Assembly: GCA_042573485.1 (NCBI GenBank)
Contig: JBHPCX010000006.1
Location: forward strand, 255-64,254
Direction of reading: 5' to 3'
Source of the DNA: Thermodesulfobacteriota bacterium
Lineage (GTDB): Bacteria > Desulfobacterota > DSM-4660 > Desulfatiglandales > HGW-15
Length of the DNA stretch: 64,000 bases
The stretch's first letter is position 1. The number at the start of each line of letters is the position of its first letter. A program made the translations under genes and the position numbers. Shown here piece by piece: positions 47,478-58,246 of the stretch. The notes below the pieces were generated by a model that did not search any database, was not told the origin of the DNA, and was given only the letters and a program-made list of their open reading frames with translations.

Positions 47478-48980
47478 CTATTTTTTTTCCAGTTCCAGAA
47501 TTTTGGCAATTTCAGAGCTCATGATTTCTACAAACCTTTCCATGTCCTTTCCCTGGAGAGGTCTTCCGGGTTCAGGATACTTGTCAAGTCTTTCCGGCCT
47601 GACGAGAGACGGCAGATTTTTCAGCTCCTCCCTGGGTATTACTTTAAATTCAGGCTCAAAGGTATTATTGAAATATTTTTCCTGGAAGCTTAAAAATTTG
47701 AGCATATGAGCGGTAGAATCAAGGACTCCTGTCTCATGGTTTTCAATCAGCCCCGTATCCACTGCTTTTTTCATTCCGGCCAGTGACTCCCCGCCCTGGG
47801 TACATACCACATTCCCGTTTCTATTGGCGATTATCATGGAGTCCATGATTTCTTGCTCCGTTACCTGTACTACAAATATCCTTTTTTCAGGAGAGGTTTT
47901 GTTGTACTCATCCGCAATTTTAATTACCCTGGGCATAGATACCGGGTTGCCTATCATGGCTGCCTGGGCAACACTGGATTTTACATTTACAGGCTGCCAC
48001 ACTCTTTTATCAGGATCCTTTTCAAGGTAATACCTGTACACAGGGTCTGCGTGTTCAGACTGTACTCCTATTATTTTCGGCAGGCTTTTTATGACCCCGG
48101 CCTTATAAAATTTTAAAAAGCCGCTCATTACAGCAGTAATGTTTCCGGCGTTTCCAATTGGCAGGATTATAACCTTGTCGCTTACATCATAGTCAAAGTC
48201 CTGGGCGATTTCGTATGAATATGATTCCTGTCCGAGAATCCTCCAGCTGTTTTTCGAGTTCAGGAGGGCTACATGATAATTTTCCGTCAGGGATTCCACA
48301 ATTTTCATGCAGTCATCAAAGACCCCGGGAATCTCAAGCACTTTTGCCCCGCTTCCGAGAGGCTGTGCAAGCTGCTGGGCGGTTACTTTTCCCTCTGGCA
48401 AAAGAACAGCGGATTTCAAAAAATCCTTCAGGTAACTGGCGTATAAGGCTGCGGCAGCTGATGTGTCTCCTGTTGAAGCACATATGGCCAGGATTTTGTC
48501 TATTTTATTTTTTGAGGCAAAATAGTTGATAAAGCTTAGGGCACAGGCCATGCCCCTGTCTTTAAATGAAGCACTCGGATTGAGGCCGTCATCCTTAAAG
48601 TAGAAATCCCGTCCCACCATCTTCTTAAGCCTGTCATTTGCCTGAACAACAGGAGTATGACCTTCCCCGAGGTAAATTATATATTCGAGAGGTATTACAG
48701 GGGCTATGAACTCATAGTACCTGAAAATACCCTTGACAGGCTGGTTGTTTAACATCTTCCTGTAATCAAATATCTTTTGCCACGTGGGGCCGTCAATATG
48801 ATCGTAACGTTCAAAACCTGTATCTTCCAGAAGGAGAACAGTACCGCATTCAGGACAAGTGTAAAGCAGTTCATTAATATCAAAAAGATTATTGCAGCCG
48901 AGGCACCTGTAGTACATTTGCCCCGCTGCCTCCGGCTGGATGTAAGATCGTATATCTTCTGGAAACTGATCTATTTTCAT
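47478..48980 (-). CDS. thrC: Threonine synthase
   Basis: GEGHTP, NPSASFKDRG (PLP Lys), CASTGDTSAA, PIGNAGN; N-terminal Zn-ribbon. Confidence 0.93.
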   Translation of the reverse strand: MKIDQFPEDIRSYIQPEAAGQMYYRCLGCNNLFDINELLYTCPECGTVLLLEDTGFERYDHIDGPTWQKIFDYRKMLNNQPVKGIFRYYEFIAPVIPLEYIIYLGEGHTPVVQANDRLKKMVGRDFYFKDDGLNPSASFKDRGMACALSFINYFASKNKIDKILAICASTGDTSAAAALYASYLKDFLKSAVLLPEGKVTAQQLAQPLGSGAKVLEIPGVFDDCMKIVESLTENYHVALLNSKNSWRILGQESYSYEIAQDFDYDVSDKVIILPIGNAGNITAVMSGFLKFYKAGVIKSLPKIIGVQSEHADPVYRYYLEKDPDKRVWQPVNVKSSVAQAAMIGNPVSMPRVIKIADEYNKTSPEKRIFVVQVTEQEIMDSMIIANRNGNVVCTQGGESLAGMKKAVDTGLIENHETGVLDSTAHMLKFLSFQEKYFNNTFEPEFKVIPREELKNLPSLVRPERLDKYPEPGRPLQGKDMERFVEIMSSEIAKILELEKK

Positions 48981-49123
48981 TATATAATCCCCTGGTTGAA
49001 TTTTTTGGTATAATAACCGAAAGGTTTTCTTAACACAAGCCTGATCCACTATCAAAGTGTCATCCGCCTTCGCTTAAAGCTATGGAGGGACAAGTTTACT
49101 CCACTACGTTATTTGAGATTTTC

Positions 49124-49259
49124 GTAGGGTGGTATTTTATATGCCACCGGAAAGATCAATTTGATGCAGAATTGTGATTTATTCCTGACCAATAATAATT
49201 TAAAATGCTGGACTGCTAGTATAAATCATTATGTGGTGGGGTATAAAACCCCACCCTAC
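49124..49259. repeat. REPIN-like inverted GTAG REP doublet
   Basis: GTAGGGTGGTATTTTATATGCCACC ... GGTGGGGTATAAAACCCCACCCTAC. Confidence 0.75.
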
Positions 49260-49478
49260 ATTGTAAAAAGGGTCATAAACGAAGGATCGGATTCATGTCC
49301 TGCCATAGCCTTGGCGACAGTGGATTACACCCAACCGAATAAAGGACGGTCCGGTCCGGCGGTGCTGCTTGCATCTAACACCTTGATGGCGTCCAGGGGT
49401 TATTTGAAACCTTTAGCTTTCATTGCCTATTAAGGCGTTTGATGGTAGCTTTTCGAGAACAAGATCAGGAAAATAAAA

Positions 49479-49865
49479 ATGAAAAGCAATATTTCCAAAA
49501 AAGTAATAATCAGATATTCATTGCTGCAGCTGCCAGGTCTCCTGTTTTTAGTTGTTATACTCTTATTTATTCAGCGCTGGATAGTTATTCCGGATATAAT
49601 TTTCTGGGGAATTATATTAGCCTGGGTTGCCAAGGATGTTATACTTTTCTTTTATACATGGAAGGCCTATGAATGGAAAAAGAAAGACAAAATGGTCGGT
49701 ATGCAGGGAGTCGCGATGGAGAAAATAATTGAATCAGGATACATCTTTGTTAATAATGAGAAATGGCTTGCTGTGAATCATGGTGATGAACCTGTTGAAG
49801 AAGGAGAAACGGCCCATATCCATGATAGAAAAGGCCTGACCCTGTTTATAAAGAAGATAACATAA
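49479..49865 (+). CDS. NfeD-like membrane protein
   Basis: Two TM helices, then MVGMQG..., GYIFVNNEKW.A and GLTLFI OB-fold. Confidence 0.8.
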   Translation: MKSNISKKVIIRYSLLQLPGLLFLVVILLFIQRWIVIPDIIFWGIILAWVAKDVILFFYTWKAYEWKKKDKMVGMQGVAMEKIIESGYIFVNNEKWLAVNHGDEPVEEGETAHIHDRKGLTLFIKKIT

Positions 49866-49963
49866 ATGATTTTGGTATAATCCTGGACACCAGTAAGGTG
49901 TCAGATGAAATATAATTCAGGATATTTCTCTAAAACGACGCATTACCTGGAAAGGACCCTCCT

Positions 49964-52309
49964 TTGAAAAAGAAGATTACTGTTTCGGTTGGAAACCTGG
50001 TAGATTACTCATCCCGGTCGGGTGATTTATCCTTTGATTCCTTTTCCCAGAGCAATCCCAGAGAAGCAATATTAGCACACCAGAAAATCCAGAAATCCAG
50101 GCCCGGTGAATATACGGGAGAAGTTCCGATATCCTATCAGTTTGAGATAGAAAATTATCTTCTGGAGGTAAACGGCAGGATGGATGGTATTTACCGGTAC
50201 CCGGACCGAATAGTTATTGAAGAGATTAAGACAACAACTAAAGATATTGATGCTGTTATAAAAAATCCCAATCCCGGCCACTGGGCGCAATTAAAGATCT
50301 ACTGCTATATTTGCACACTCCTGGAAGGTAAAGATGAAATAGAAGGTCAGCTGGTTTATTTTCAGCTTGAGTCTGAGGAAATAGAAGAAATTAAGGCACA
50401 TTTTACAAAAAAGGAGCTGGAGTTATTTTTTGATGAATTCATCTCCCGCTATATAAAAAGAATCGAAACAATAGATAAATGGCTGACACTGCGCGACCGT
50501 TCCATAAAGGAGTTGGAATTTCCCTTCAAAGAGTATCGCCCCGGTCAGAGAGGAATGGCCGTGGAGGTTTACGCCGCAATAAAAAATGAAAAAGAAGTTC
50601 TTATACAGGCTGCCACGGGTATAGGGAAAACCATGTCCACTATCTTTCCCGCTGTTAAAGCAATGGGTGAAGATCTTTCTTCAAAGACATTTTTCCTTAC
50701 TGCCAGGACCACCGGAAAGGAAGCAGCTGAAACAGCCATCGGGGAAATGCGGAAAAAAGGGCTGAGAATTAAATCATTAACATTAACCGCGAAAGACAAA
50801 ATATGTTTTAAAAAGGAAAGTGCGTGTTCTCCGGAGGAGTGTGAATTTGCGAGAGGATATTTTGATCGAGTAGATGAAGCGGTTGAGAGTTTTTTTAGAG
50901 AAGATTCTTTTTCAAGGACAGAGATCGAAAACAAGGCCAGGCATTTTAAGGTCTGCCCTTTTGAATTCAGCCTTGAACTCTCCCTGATGGCCGATGTGAT
51001 AATCTGTGATTATAATTACGCTTTTGATCCCAGGGTATATTTAAAACGGTTCTTTCTGGAAGATAACAGGGATTACATACTGCTTATTGATGAAGCTCAT
51101 AACCTCGTCGAAAGATCAAGGGAAATGTTCTCGGCTGAAATATCAAAGCAGGACTTTCTTGATACCAGAAGGCTTTTGAAAAAGAAATTGCCGGGACTTT
51201 TTAAAAAAATAGGCAAGGTCAATTCCCGGATGTTGAAATACAGAAAAAATTGTGACGAAAAAGGCAGCTTCATCGCTGAAGAGGTATCTCCAGAAGATAT
51301 AACACCAATACTGAGATCATTTTTAAGATCATCTGAAAACTGGCTCGTCCGGAATATCGCTTCAGAGTTCAGAGAGTCATTGATGGAACTCTATTTTAAA
51401 GTGCGTGCCTTCGTAAGAATACTAGAGGAGTATGATGATAATTACAGAACGATATATGAAAGGGACGGGAAAGATCTAAGGTTAAAGCTTTTTTGCATTG
51501 ATCCTTCAACCTGCCTGAAAAGTGCGCTGAAGAAAATAAGGTCCGCTGTCTTCTTTTCGGCTACCATGTCTCCCCAGCACTATTTTAAAAGCCTGTTCGG
51601 CTGCGGTGAAGATTCCAGAACAATTGATATCCCTTCCCCCTTTCCGCCGGAAAATCTTTGCCTGGTAATATTTGAAGGTATATCAACTTTATATAAACAT
51701 AGAGAAAAAACAAAGGGGAGTGCAGCCAGCCTGGTTGATCCTATTGTCAAATCAAAAAAAGGTAATTATCTGATCTTTTTCCCTTCCTATGCCTATATGA
51801 ATATGATTCTTGGTGCTTATGATTCCGATAAATCCGGTTATGAAACCATAATCCAGAACCCGGGTATGAGCGAAGATGAAAGGGATGATTTTCTCAATAG
51901 TTTCAGCAGGGACAATAAAGGAACCCTGGTCGGGTTTGCTGTAATGGGCGGAGTTTTTGGTGAAGGAATTGATCTTGAGGGTGAAAGACTGTCCGGGGCT
52001 GTAATATATGGAGTCGGTCTTCCGGGAATATCTCCTGAAAGGGATATCATACGGGATTTTTTCAATAGAAAAGATAACACGGGATTTGAATATGCCTATC
52101 TGTATCCCGGTATAAACAGGGTTCTGCAGGCTGCTGGAAGGGTCATCCGCTCTGAAAAGGACAGGGGTGCTGTAATTTTAATTGACGACCGTTATAAAAG
52201 TTATCGCTACAAATCTTTACTCCCGGCAGGGTGGCAGCCTGTTACAATGAACAAATCCAGGGACGTGAATAAAGTGCTGACAGATTTCTGGGAAGGACAG
52301 ATTAATTAG
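49964..52309 (+). CDS. Rad3/XPD/DinG-family Fe-S helicase with N-terminal PD-(D/E)XK nuclease-like domain
   Basis: GRMDG...EEIKTT and AQLKIY; Q-motif RPGQ, ATGIGKT, Cys cluster ..CPFE, DEAHN, SAT, FFPSY, QAAGRVIR. Confidence 0.9.
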   Translation: MKKKITVSVGNLVDYSSRSGDLSFDSFSQSNPREAILAHQKIQKSRPGEYTGEVPISYQFEIENYLLEVNGRMDGIYRYPDRIVIEEIKTTTKDIDAVIKNPNPGHWAQLKIYCYICTLLEGKDEIEGQLVYFQLESEEIEEIKAHFTKKELELFFDEFISRYIKRIETIDKWLTLRDRSIKELEFPFKEYRPGQRGMAVEVYAAIKNEKEVLIQAATGIGKTMSTIFPAVKAMGEDLSSKTFFLTARTTGKEAAETAIGEMRKKGLRIKSLTLTAKDKICFKKESACSPEECEFARGYFDRVDEAVESFFREDSFSRTEIENKARHFKVCPFEFSLELSLMADVIICDYNYAFDPRVYLKRFFLEDNRDYILLIDEAHNLVERSREMFSAEISKQDFLDTRRLLKKKLPGLFKKIGKVNSRMLKYRKNCDEKGSFIAEEVSPEDITPILRSFLRSSENWLVRNIASEFRESLMELYFKVRAFVRILEEYDDNYRTIYERDGKDLRLKLFCIDPSTCLKSALKKIRSAVFFSATMSPQHYFKSLFGCGEDSRTIDIPSPFPPENLCLVIFEGISTLYKHREKTKGSAASLVDPIVKSKKGNYLIFFPSYAYMNMILGAYDSDKSGYETIIQNPGMSEDERDDFLNSFSRDNKGTLVGFAVMGGVFGEGIDLEGERLSGAVIYGVGLPGISPERDIIRDFFNRKDNTGFEYAYLYPGINRVLQAAGRVIRSEKDRGAVILIDDRYKSYRYKSLLPAGWQPVTMNKSRDVNKVLTDFWEGQIN

Positions 52310-52485
52310 AATATAAAGACAGTATGACTTGCTGCTGGAAGAAGTGCAGGTGAAATTTTTATGGGTATCGACACGGCAAAATTATTCCTTGTGAAGCAAT
52401 AGTTAAAGTGGTAATAGTTCAAATTGTATACATAAGGACAACTGATTGAAAATTGTGAAATAATTGGTATTAAGGCAAATAGAAT

Positions 52486-53475
52486 ATGATCTTGGAACAG
52501 GCTAAAGAAGTATTAAAAATTGAGGCGCAGGGTATACTTGACCTTATTGACCGGGTCGGGGCCGAATTTGATAAGGCAGTACAGATAATAGTCAAGTCAA
52601 AGGGCAGGGTTATAATAACCGGAATAGGGAAATCAGGCCTTGTAGGCCGAAAGATATCATCTACCCTCAGCAGTACCGGTACACCTTCGATATTTCTGCA
52701 TCCAGCCGAGGCGCTTCACGGCGACCTGGGGATGGTCACAAGAGATGATGTCATACTCGCCATATCAAATGGAGGGCACACACAGGAGATAAATAAAATA
52801 CTGCCCATGATAAAAAAAGACATGGGAGCGAAAATTATATCCCTAACAGGGAATATAGACTCACCTATGGCCAGGATGAGCGATGTGACCATTGATGTCG
52901 GTGTTGAGAGGGAAGCCTGCCCCGTAACAATGGCTCCAACAACAAGTACTACCGCTACTCTTGCCATGGGGGACGCCATGGCTGTTGTTCTTATGAAACT
53001 CAGAAGATTCGGGCAGAAGGATTTCAAGCGTTTTCACCCCGGCGGCACACTAGGGGAGAGGCTGGAGACAAGCGTAAGAGAAGTGATGTTTGCCGGTGAC
53101 AACATCCCTGTAGTTAAACTTGGGACAAAGATATATGATGCTATAGTTGAAATCGATTCAAAGGGTATAGGTGTTACTGTTGTTGTTGATGGAGATAATA
53201 GAGTAGCCGGTATTCTGACAGATGGAGATATCAGAAGGGCGCTCATGAAGCAGGAAAGAATATATTCCATGATAGTGGATGATGTAATGACGCCCTCACC
53301 CAGGACTATTGATGAAAATATTTCGGCAGCTGAAGCATTGGGAATAATGGAATTATATCAGATAACACACCTTGTTATTATTGATAATAACAAACGCCTG
53401 AAGGGCATTTTACATCTCCATGACATTTTAGGCAAAGAGGAATTCAGATTGAATGGAAGGTTTCAATCTACCTAG
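52486..53475 (+). CDS. kdsD: Arabinose-5-phosphate isomerase (KpsF/GutQ; SIS plus 2 CBS domains)
   Basis: TGIGKSG, HPAEALHGDLG, APTTST, FHPGG.LG, TDGD.RR. Confidence 0.94.
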   Translation: MILEQAKEVLKIEAQGILDLIDRVGAEFDKAVQIIVKSKGRVIITGIGKSGLVGRKISSTLSSTGTPSIFLHPAEALHGDLGMVTRDDVILAISNGGHTQEINKILPMIKKDMGAKIISLTGNIDSPMARMSDVTIDVGVEREACPVTMAPTTSTTATLAMGDAMAVVLMKLRRFGQKDFKRFHPGGTLGERLETSVREVMFAGDNIPVVKLGTKIYDAIVEIDSKGIGVTVVVDGDNRVAGILTDGDIRRALMKQERIYSMIVDDVMTPSPRTIDENISAAEALGIMELYQITHLVIIDNNKRLKGILHLHDILGKEEFRLNGRFQST

Positions 53476-54394
53476 AGGTTTAATTGTTGACCTGATCACT
53501 CCGATTATGGAGGACGGGTCCATAGATGGCAGGGGGCTTGGTCAGCACCTTGATCTTTTACTCCCCCATGTCCAGGGAGTCCTTGTCCTGAGCCCCATAA
53601 TCGGTGAGGGGATAAGACTCAGTATTGAACAGAAAATCGATCTCTTTGATAAAACCCTTGTTGTTGTAAGGGGTGCCGCTCCTGTCCTGGTATGGATTAC
53701 CGGACAAAGTTCTGAAGAAACAATTGAGATATTAGATAGTTTAAAGAAACAAAAAGGTGAACGGAAATACAATGGACCTGTGTTCTGGGTAGATACTCCC
53801 CTTTACTATCACAGCAACAGGGGATTATCTGAACACTATACTGAACTGTGTTCACTGATTGATGAATCCTTGATACTCCATAATGCTCCCAACCTGATAC
53901 AATCCCTTGAAAAATCATTAAAAAGAAAAAATATCCGGACCAGTATTCTCAAGGAACTTGTTTTAAATAAAAAAATCAAAGGCCTGATATTTTCAGGTTC
54001 TCTTGACAGGGTATATAATTATGGAAAAGCAGTTAGAAGCCGTTCAGACTTTAAGATATTTGACGGGGATGAATCCCGTTTTCTTGACTATCCGGGTCAT
54101 AACGGTGTTGTTTCAGCAGGCGCGAACATTGCGTGTATGGAGTGGGCAAAAATAACATCCTCATCACTTAACCCGGAGGATGAAAACAGATACCCGGATC
54201 AGCAGAAGCAAACCTGGGAGGTATGGTCATATCTTTCCTACCTGAATACAGCCTATGCTGAAAATAGTGTTGATATTATTAAGAAAGTCCTTGAAGAGAG
54301 AGAGATTATAAACGGCCCGGTTAAATGTGAAGATGAAAACTCTTTGACGGTTGCCAGGGAAATAATTGAAGTTAGTACTGGGTACAAGGCTTAG
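53453..54394 (+). CDS. DapA/DHDPS-fold protein lacking the catalytic residues
   Basis: DLITP..DGSID, GEG..LS..K, PLYY, LHNAP, FDGDE, GVVSAGAN. GLIFS occupies the GIK(D/E)S position. Confidence 0.75.
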   Translation: MEGFNLPRGLIVDLITPIMEDGSIDGRGLGQHLDLLLPHVQGVLVLSPIIGEGIRLSIEQKIDLFDKTLVVVRGAAPVLVWITGQSSEETIEILDSLKKQKGERKYNGPVFWVDTPLYYHSNRGLSEHYTELCSLIDESLILHNAPNLIQSLEKSLKRKNIRTSILKELVLNKKIKGLIFSGSLDRVYNYGKAVRSRSDFKIFDGDESRFLDYPGHNGVVSAGANIACMEWAKITSSSLNPEDENRYPDQQKQTWEVWSYLSYLNTAYAENSVDIIKKVLEEREIINGPVKCEDENSLTVAREIIEVSTGYKA

Positions 54395-54461
54395 AGCGCA
54401 AGTTAAAAGATTGCTATGATTACCTTGCACCCTGCACCTTGTACCGTGCACCTTTCTTTCA

Positions 54462-55202
54462 TCACATCTTCCTTATTCTTACCTCTATATCCTTTATGTC
54501 CTTTAAAAGCTCTACAAGTTTTGATGTGTCTGTCTGCCCATAGTGGTAAGGGTAAAGTATTTCAGGTTTAAATGCCTTCGCAGCATCGGCAACCATTTCA
54601 GGTGTCATGGTATAGGGGAGGTTCATTGGCAGAAAGGCAATATCAATATCCTTCAGCATCTTCATCTCAGGGATGTTTTCTGTGTCCCCTGCCACATACA
54701 CTTTTTTATCTCCAAATGTTATTATATAGCCGTTACCATTTCCTTTCGGATGAAAGGGATTGTTCCCGCTACGCATGTGAACTATATTGTAGGCCGGTAC
54801 TGCTTCAATTTTAAGTCCTGATATACTTTTCACATCACCATTTTTCATTACAATGCCGCCTTCCATCTGTTTGGAGCAGGCTTCGTTAATAATAATTTCA
54901 GTACTGTCCTTTCTTAGAGTCGCTATTGCCTTTTTGTCAAAATGATCCATATGTTCATGGGTTATAAGAATAATATCAGCCCTGGGCATGTTCTTGTAAT
55001 CGGTAAACCTGGTCCATGGATCAACATGAATAATCTTTTTATTATGAGAGAACATAAGAGTCGCATGCCCTATAAAGGTTATTTCAAGATTTCCCTGTGA
55101 TGTTTTTATCATATCTTTTTTAAATCCTCCTTCCTGGGCATTAATAGATAATGATAATTGAATAATAAAAAACAGTATCAGGTAAGTAAACGGTTTTTTC
55201 AT
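54462..55202 (-). CDS. Exported MBL-fold metal-dependent hydrolase (UPF0173/UlaG-like)
   Basis: Signal peptide, FIGHAT, VDP, THEHMDH, AGDT, YPYHY. Confidence 0.88.
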   Translation of the reverse strand: MKKPFTYLILFFIIQLSLSINAQEGGFKKDMIKTSQGNLEITFIGHATLMFSHNKKIIHVDPWTRFTDYKNMPRADIILITHEHMDHFDKKAIATLRKDSTEIIINEACSKQMEGGIVMKNGDVKSISGLKIEAVPAYNIVHMRSGNNPFHPKGNGNGYIITFGDKKVYVAGDTENIPEMKMLKDIDIAFLPMNLPYTMTPEMVADAAKAFKPEILYPYHYGQTDTSKLVELLKDIKDIEVRIRKM

Positions 55203-55228
55203 GACATCCCTCCATTTATAATGGTGTT

Positions 55229-57436
55229 TTATGGTTCAAGATTTTTCAACCTGGATGAAAGGTTCGTATATCTTTCAGTAATTCTATCATTTTTTATTCC
55301 CATTGACAGAGCTTTTTTACTGCCGATTATTACAACCAGTTTTTTTCCTCTAGTCACAGCGGTGTATATCAGGTTTCTCTGAAGAAGAATATAATGCTGG
55401 GTGAGTATCGGTATTATGACAGCAGGATACTCACTTCCCTGCGCCTTGTGGACAGAAATCGCGTAGGCAAGTGTAAGTTCATCCATTTCACTATACTCAT
55501 AATCAACAATTCTGTGATCGCAGGATATGGTTACTTTCTGAGTTTCCGGATTTATATCTGTAATTTTACCTATGTCACCATTGTATACATCCTTATCATA
55601 ATTATTCTTAAGCTGCATTACCTTATCATTGATCCTGAAACTCCTTTCCCCCTTAATAAGTTTTGCCTCTCCCGGGTTAAGTGTCTCCTGCAAATTCATG
55701 TTCAGGTTGCTTGTCCCTACAATACCTTTATGCATTGGCGACAGGACCTGAATATCGTGGAAAGGATCGAATCCGAATCTATCAGGAATGCGCCTGCAGG
55801 CAAGCTCAACGATAATGTCTGAAACCCTCTCAGGATCATCCTGTTCTATGAAAAAGAAATCACTGCTTTGCCTGTCATTATTTATTTCAGGCATATATCC
55901 GTTATTGATATTATGGGCGTTTACAATAATCTCACTCTCTTCCGACTGCCGGAAAATTTCATCCAGTTCAATGCAGGGGGTCCTTTGTGAATTTATAATG
56001 TCCTTTAATACATTTCCTGCTCCAACCGAGGGAAGCTGATTTATATCACCAACCATAATTAAGACCGCGTTGTCGGGAACGGCATTGAGAAAGTGGCTCA
56101 TGAGTATGGTATCTATCATTGAAACTTCATCCACTATGAGGACATTTTCCTCAAACGGTTTGTCCTGATTCTTTTGAAAGGTTCCCAGCGCGGGAGTATA
56201 TTCAAGTGCCCTGTGTATTGTCTTTGCAGGATATGAGGCCGCTTCACTCATTCGCTTGGCAGCCCTTCCGGTTGGAGCGGAAATCTGAATTTTCGCACCC
56301 AGTTCTTTGTATATTTTGATAATGGCGTTAATTACGGTAGTTTTTCCTGTTCCGGGTCCTCCGGTTATTATCATTAACTTGGATGACGCGGCGGTTTTTA
56401 CAGCTTCTTTCTGCCCGGGAGCAAAACGGATTTTAATTCTGTCCTGTACCCAGTTGAGTGCCTTTTCAAAATTAATTTCGGGGAAAGGAGAATCGGCATT
56501 CATAATCCTGGTCAGGTGACTGGCAATACTGACCTCTGATTCATAGTATCTTTTCAGATAGACAGGCTGATTTCTTTTATCGATTTTTCCGGGGCCAGGC
56601 TGGTCGTCTCCAATAATAATTTCATTTCTTTGCCTAAGTTTTTCAAAAGCATCGGTTATGTCTTCAAGGGGATTTTTAAGTGTATCCATACATTTATATG
56701 CAAGTTGATCATATGGAAAATATACATGGCCATCTTCTGTGAGTTGATTTAAAACAAAAAGCACACCCGCTTCCACTCTTACCGGGGCACTTTTCTTAAA
56801 GCCCAGTTTTTCAGCTATATTGTCAGCTGTAAGAAAACCGATACCAAATATATCGCTGGCGAGTTTATAGGGGTTCCTGGTTAAAATTGAAATAGCGTTA
56901 TGCCCGTACCTGCGGAAAATTTTTACAGCAGGGCCAGGACCGATACCATGGGATTGCAAAAACAGCATCAGGTCTCTGACATCCCTTTGCTCCTTCCATG
57001 CGTTTTTTATAGTATCAACCCGCTTCGGTCCAATACCCTCAACTTCGCATAATGCATCAGGGATTTGTTCTATAATATCCAGGCTTTTTTTACCGAACTT
57101 CTCAACTATCCGGGATGCCATTACTGAACCGATGCCTTTAATAAGTCCTGATCCCAGGTAATTTTTAATGCCCTGGATAGTGACTGGATTTTTTAAGGAA
57201 TATGATTCTACCTTGAATTGTTTTCCAAACTTCGGATGGGTTGTCCAGCTACCACTCACCTTTAATGTTTCACCCGGTGACGGGGCTAGTATATTCCCCA
57301 CTATGGTAACAGGAGAGGGGTTCCCTTTTACTTTCATTCGGGCAACAGTATATCCTGTCTCTTCACTGGAATATGTTACCCTCCGGATCTCACCCTCAAT
57401 ATCAATGTGTGGATCGTTTTCCGTCATTGCATTCAA
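55229..57436 (-). CDS. recD2: RecD2-like ATP-dependent helicase
   Basis: HPKFGKQF, HhH GIG motifs, TGGPGTGKTT, APTGRAAKR, DEVSM, GDINQLPSVG, VHKAQGSE, YTAVTRGK. Confidence 0.94.
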   Translation of the reverse strand: MNAMTENDPHIDIEGEIRRVTYSSEETGYTVARMKVKGNPSPVTIVGNILAPSPGETLKVSGSWTTHPKFGKQFKVESYSLKNPVTIQGIKNYLGSGLIKGIGSVMASRIVEKFGKKSLDIIEQIPDALCEVEGIGPKRVDTIKNAWKEQRDVRDLMLFLQSHGIGPGPAVKIFRRYGHNAISILTRNPYKLASDIFGIGFLTADNIAEKLGFKKSAPVRVEAGVLFVLNQLTEDGHVYFPYDQLAYKCMDTLKNPLEDITDAFEKLRQRNEIIIGDDQPGPGKIDKRNQPVYLKRYYESEVSIASHLTRIMNADSPFPEINFEKALNWVQDRIKIRFAPGQKEAVKTAASSKLMIITGGPGTGKTTVINAIIKIYKELGAKIQISAPTGRAAKRMSEAASYPAKTIHRALEYTPALGTFQKNQDKPFEENVLIVDEVSMIDTILMSHFLNAVPDNAVLIMVGDINQLPSVGAGNVLKDIINSQRTPCIELDEIFRQSEESEIIVNAHNINNGYMPEINNDRQSSDFFFIEQDDPERVSDIIVELACRRIPDRFGFDPFHDIQVLSPMHKGIVGTSNLNMNLQETLNPGEAKLIKGERSFRINDKVMQLKNNYDKDVYNGDIGKITDINPETQKVTISCDHRIVDYEYSEMDELTLAYAISVHKAQGSEYPAVIIPILTQHYILLQRNLIYTAVTRGKKLVVIIGSKKALSMGIKNDRITERYTNLSSRLKNLEP

Positions 57437-57455
57437 CCGTTTAACAGAGTGTTGC

Positions 57456-58160
57456 TCAATATCTTTCTAAATTGAAAGGTATCGGTCTGTTGATAGAGAT
57501 ACTCCTTGTATTTATTTTTACGTCATATACAAGAATTTCAACTCCGTTTTCATATGCTTTTTTTAATTCAGCGGCATACGCGGGATCAATATGCGCGGCC
57601 GGTTCAAACCTGCTGACATCCATCCTTTGCACAAGATAAAACATAAATGCCCTGTTGCCGGAATGTACTTCTCTCTGGAGTTCCTGGAGATGTTTCAAAC
57701 CTCTTAAAGTGACCGCATCAGGAAAATAACATACATTGTTTTCCATCAGGGTACAGTTTTTTATTTCAATAAAATATTTATTGTTATTTTTTTCAAGAAG
57801 TAAATCAATACGGGAATTGCTTCCATATTTTACTTCTGATTTTATCGAATCAAAATCGGAAAACTGAGGTATTTTTCCCCGGATAATGGATTCCTTCACA
57901 AGTTTGTTTGGTATACCCGTGTTGATGCCAACCAGTGAAGTCGGCATTTCAATCATTTCCCATGTATATTTCAGCTTTCTTTCGGGGCGGAAATGCCTTG
58001 ACAGGTAAACTCTTCTTCCAGGTTCGGAACAACTTGTCATACTGCCCGTGTTGGGGCACAGCGCTGTTACCATATGACCGTTTCTCAACTTGACATCAGC
58101 TTTGAAACGCTTATACCGTTTTAGTAATTTTCCTTCTATTAATGGCTGCCATTTTATCAT
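57456..58160 (-). CDS. sfsA: DNA/RNA nuclease SfsA
   Basis: KRYKRF.ADV, CPNTGSM, SRIDLLL, EIKNCT, FPDAVT.RG.KHL.EL. Confidence 0.94.
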   Translation of the reverse strand: MIKWQPLIEGKLLKRYKRFKADVKLRNGHMVTALCPNTGSMTSCSEPGRRVYLSRHFRPERKLKYTWEMIEMPTSLVGINTGIPNKLVKESIIRGKIPQFSDFDSIKSEVKYGSNSRIDLLLEKNNNKYFIEIKNCTLMENNVCYFPDAVTLRGLKHLQELQREVHSGNRAFMFYLVQRMDVSRFEPAAHIDPAYAAELKKAYENGVEILVYDVKINTRSISINRPIPFNLERY

Positions 58161-58246
58161 TTTGATACTAAATAATAAAAGGTGTTTAAGGATATGCTGC
58201 CTTCCTGTAAACACCTTTTATTGATCAGAAAATTGATTGTTCTAAA

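Noticed and set aside
49161-49433. 90-aa ORF, similar short ORFs (14524-14760, 45957-46229, 60959-61213) and antisense shadow ORFs
   Set aside because: They are built from repeat sequence or lie opposite well-supported genes, and have no recognisable motifs.
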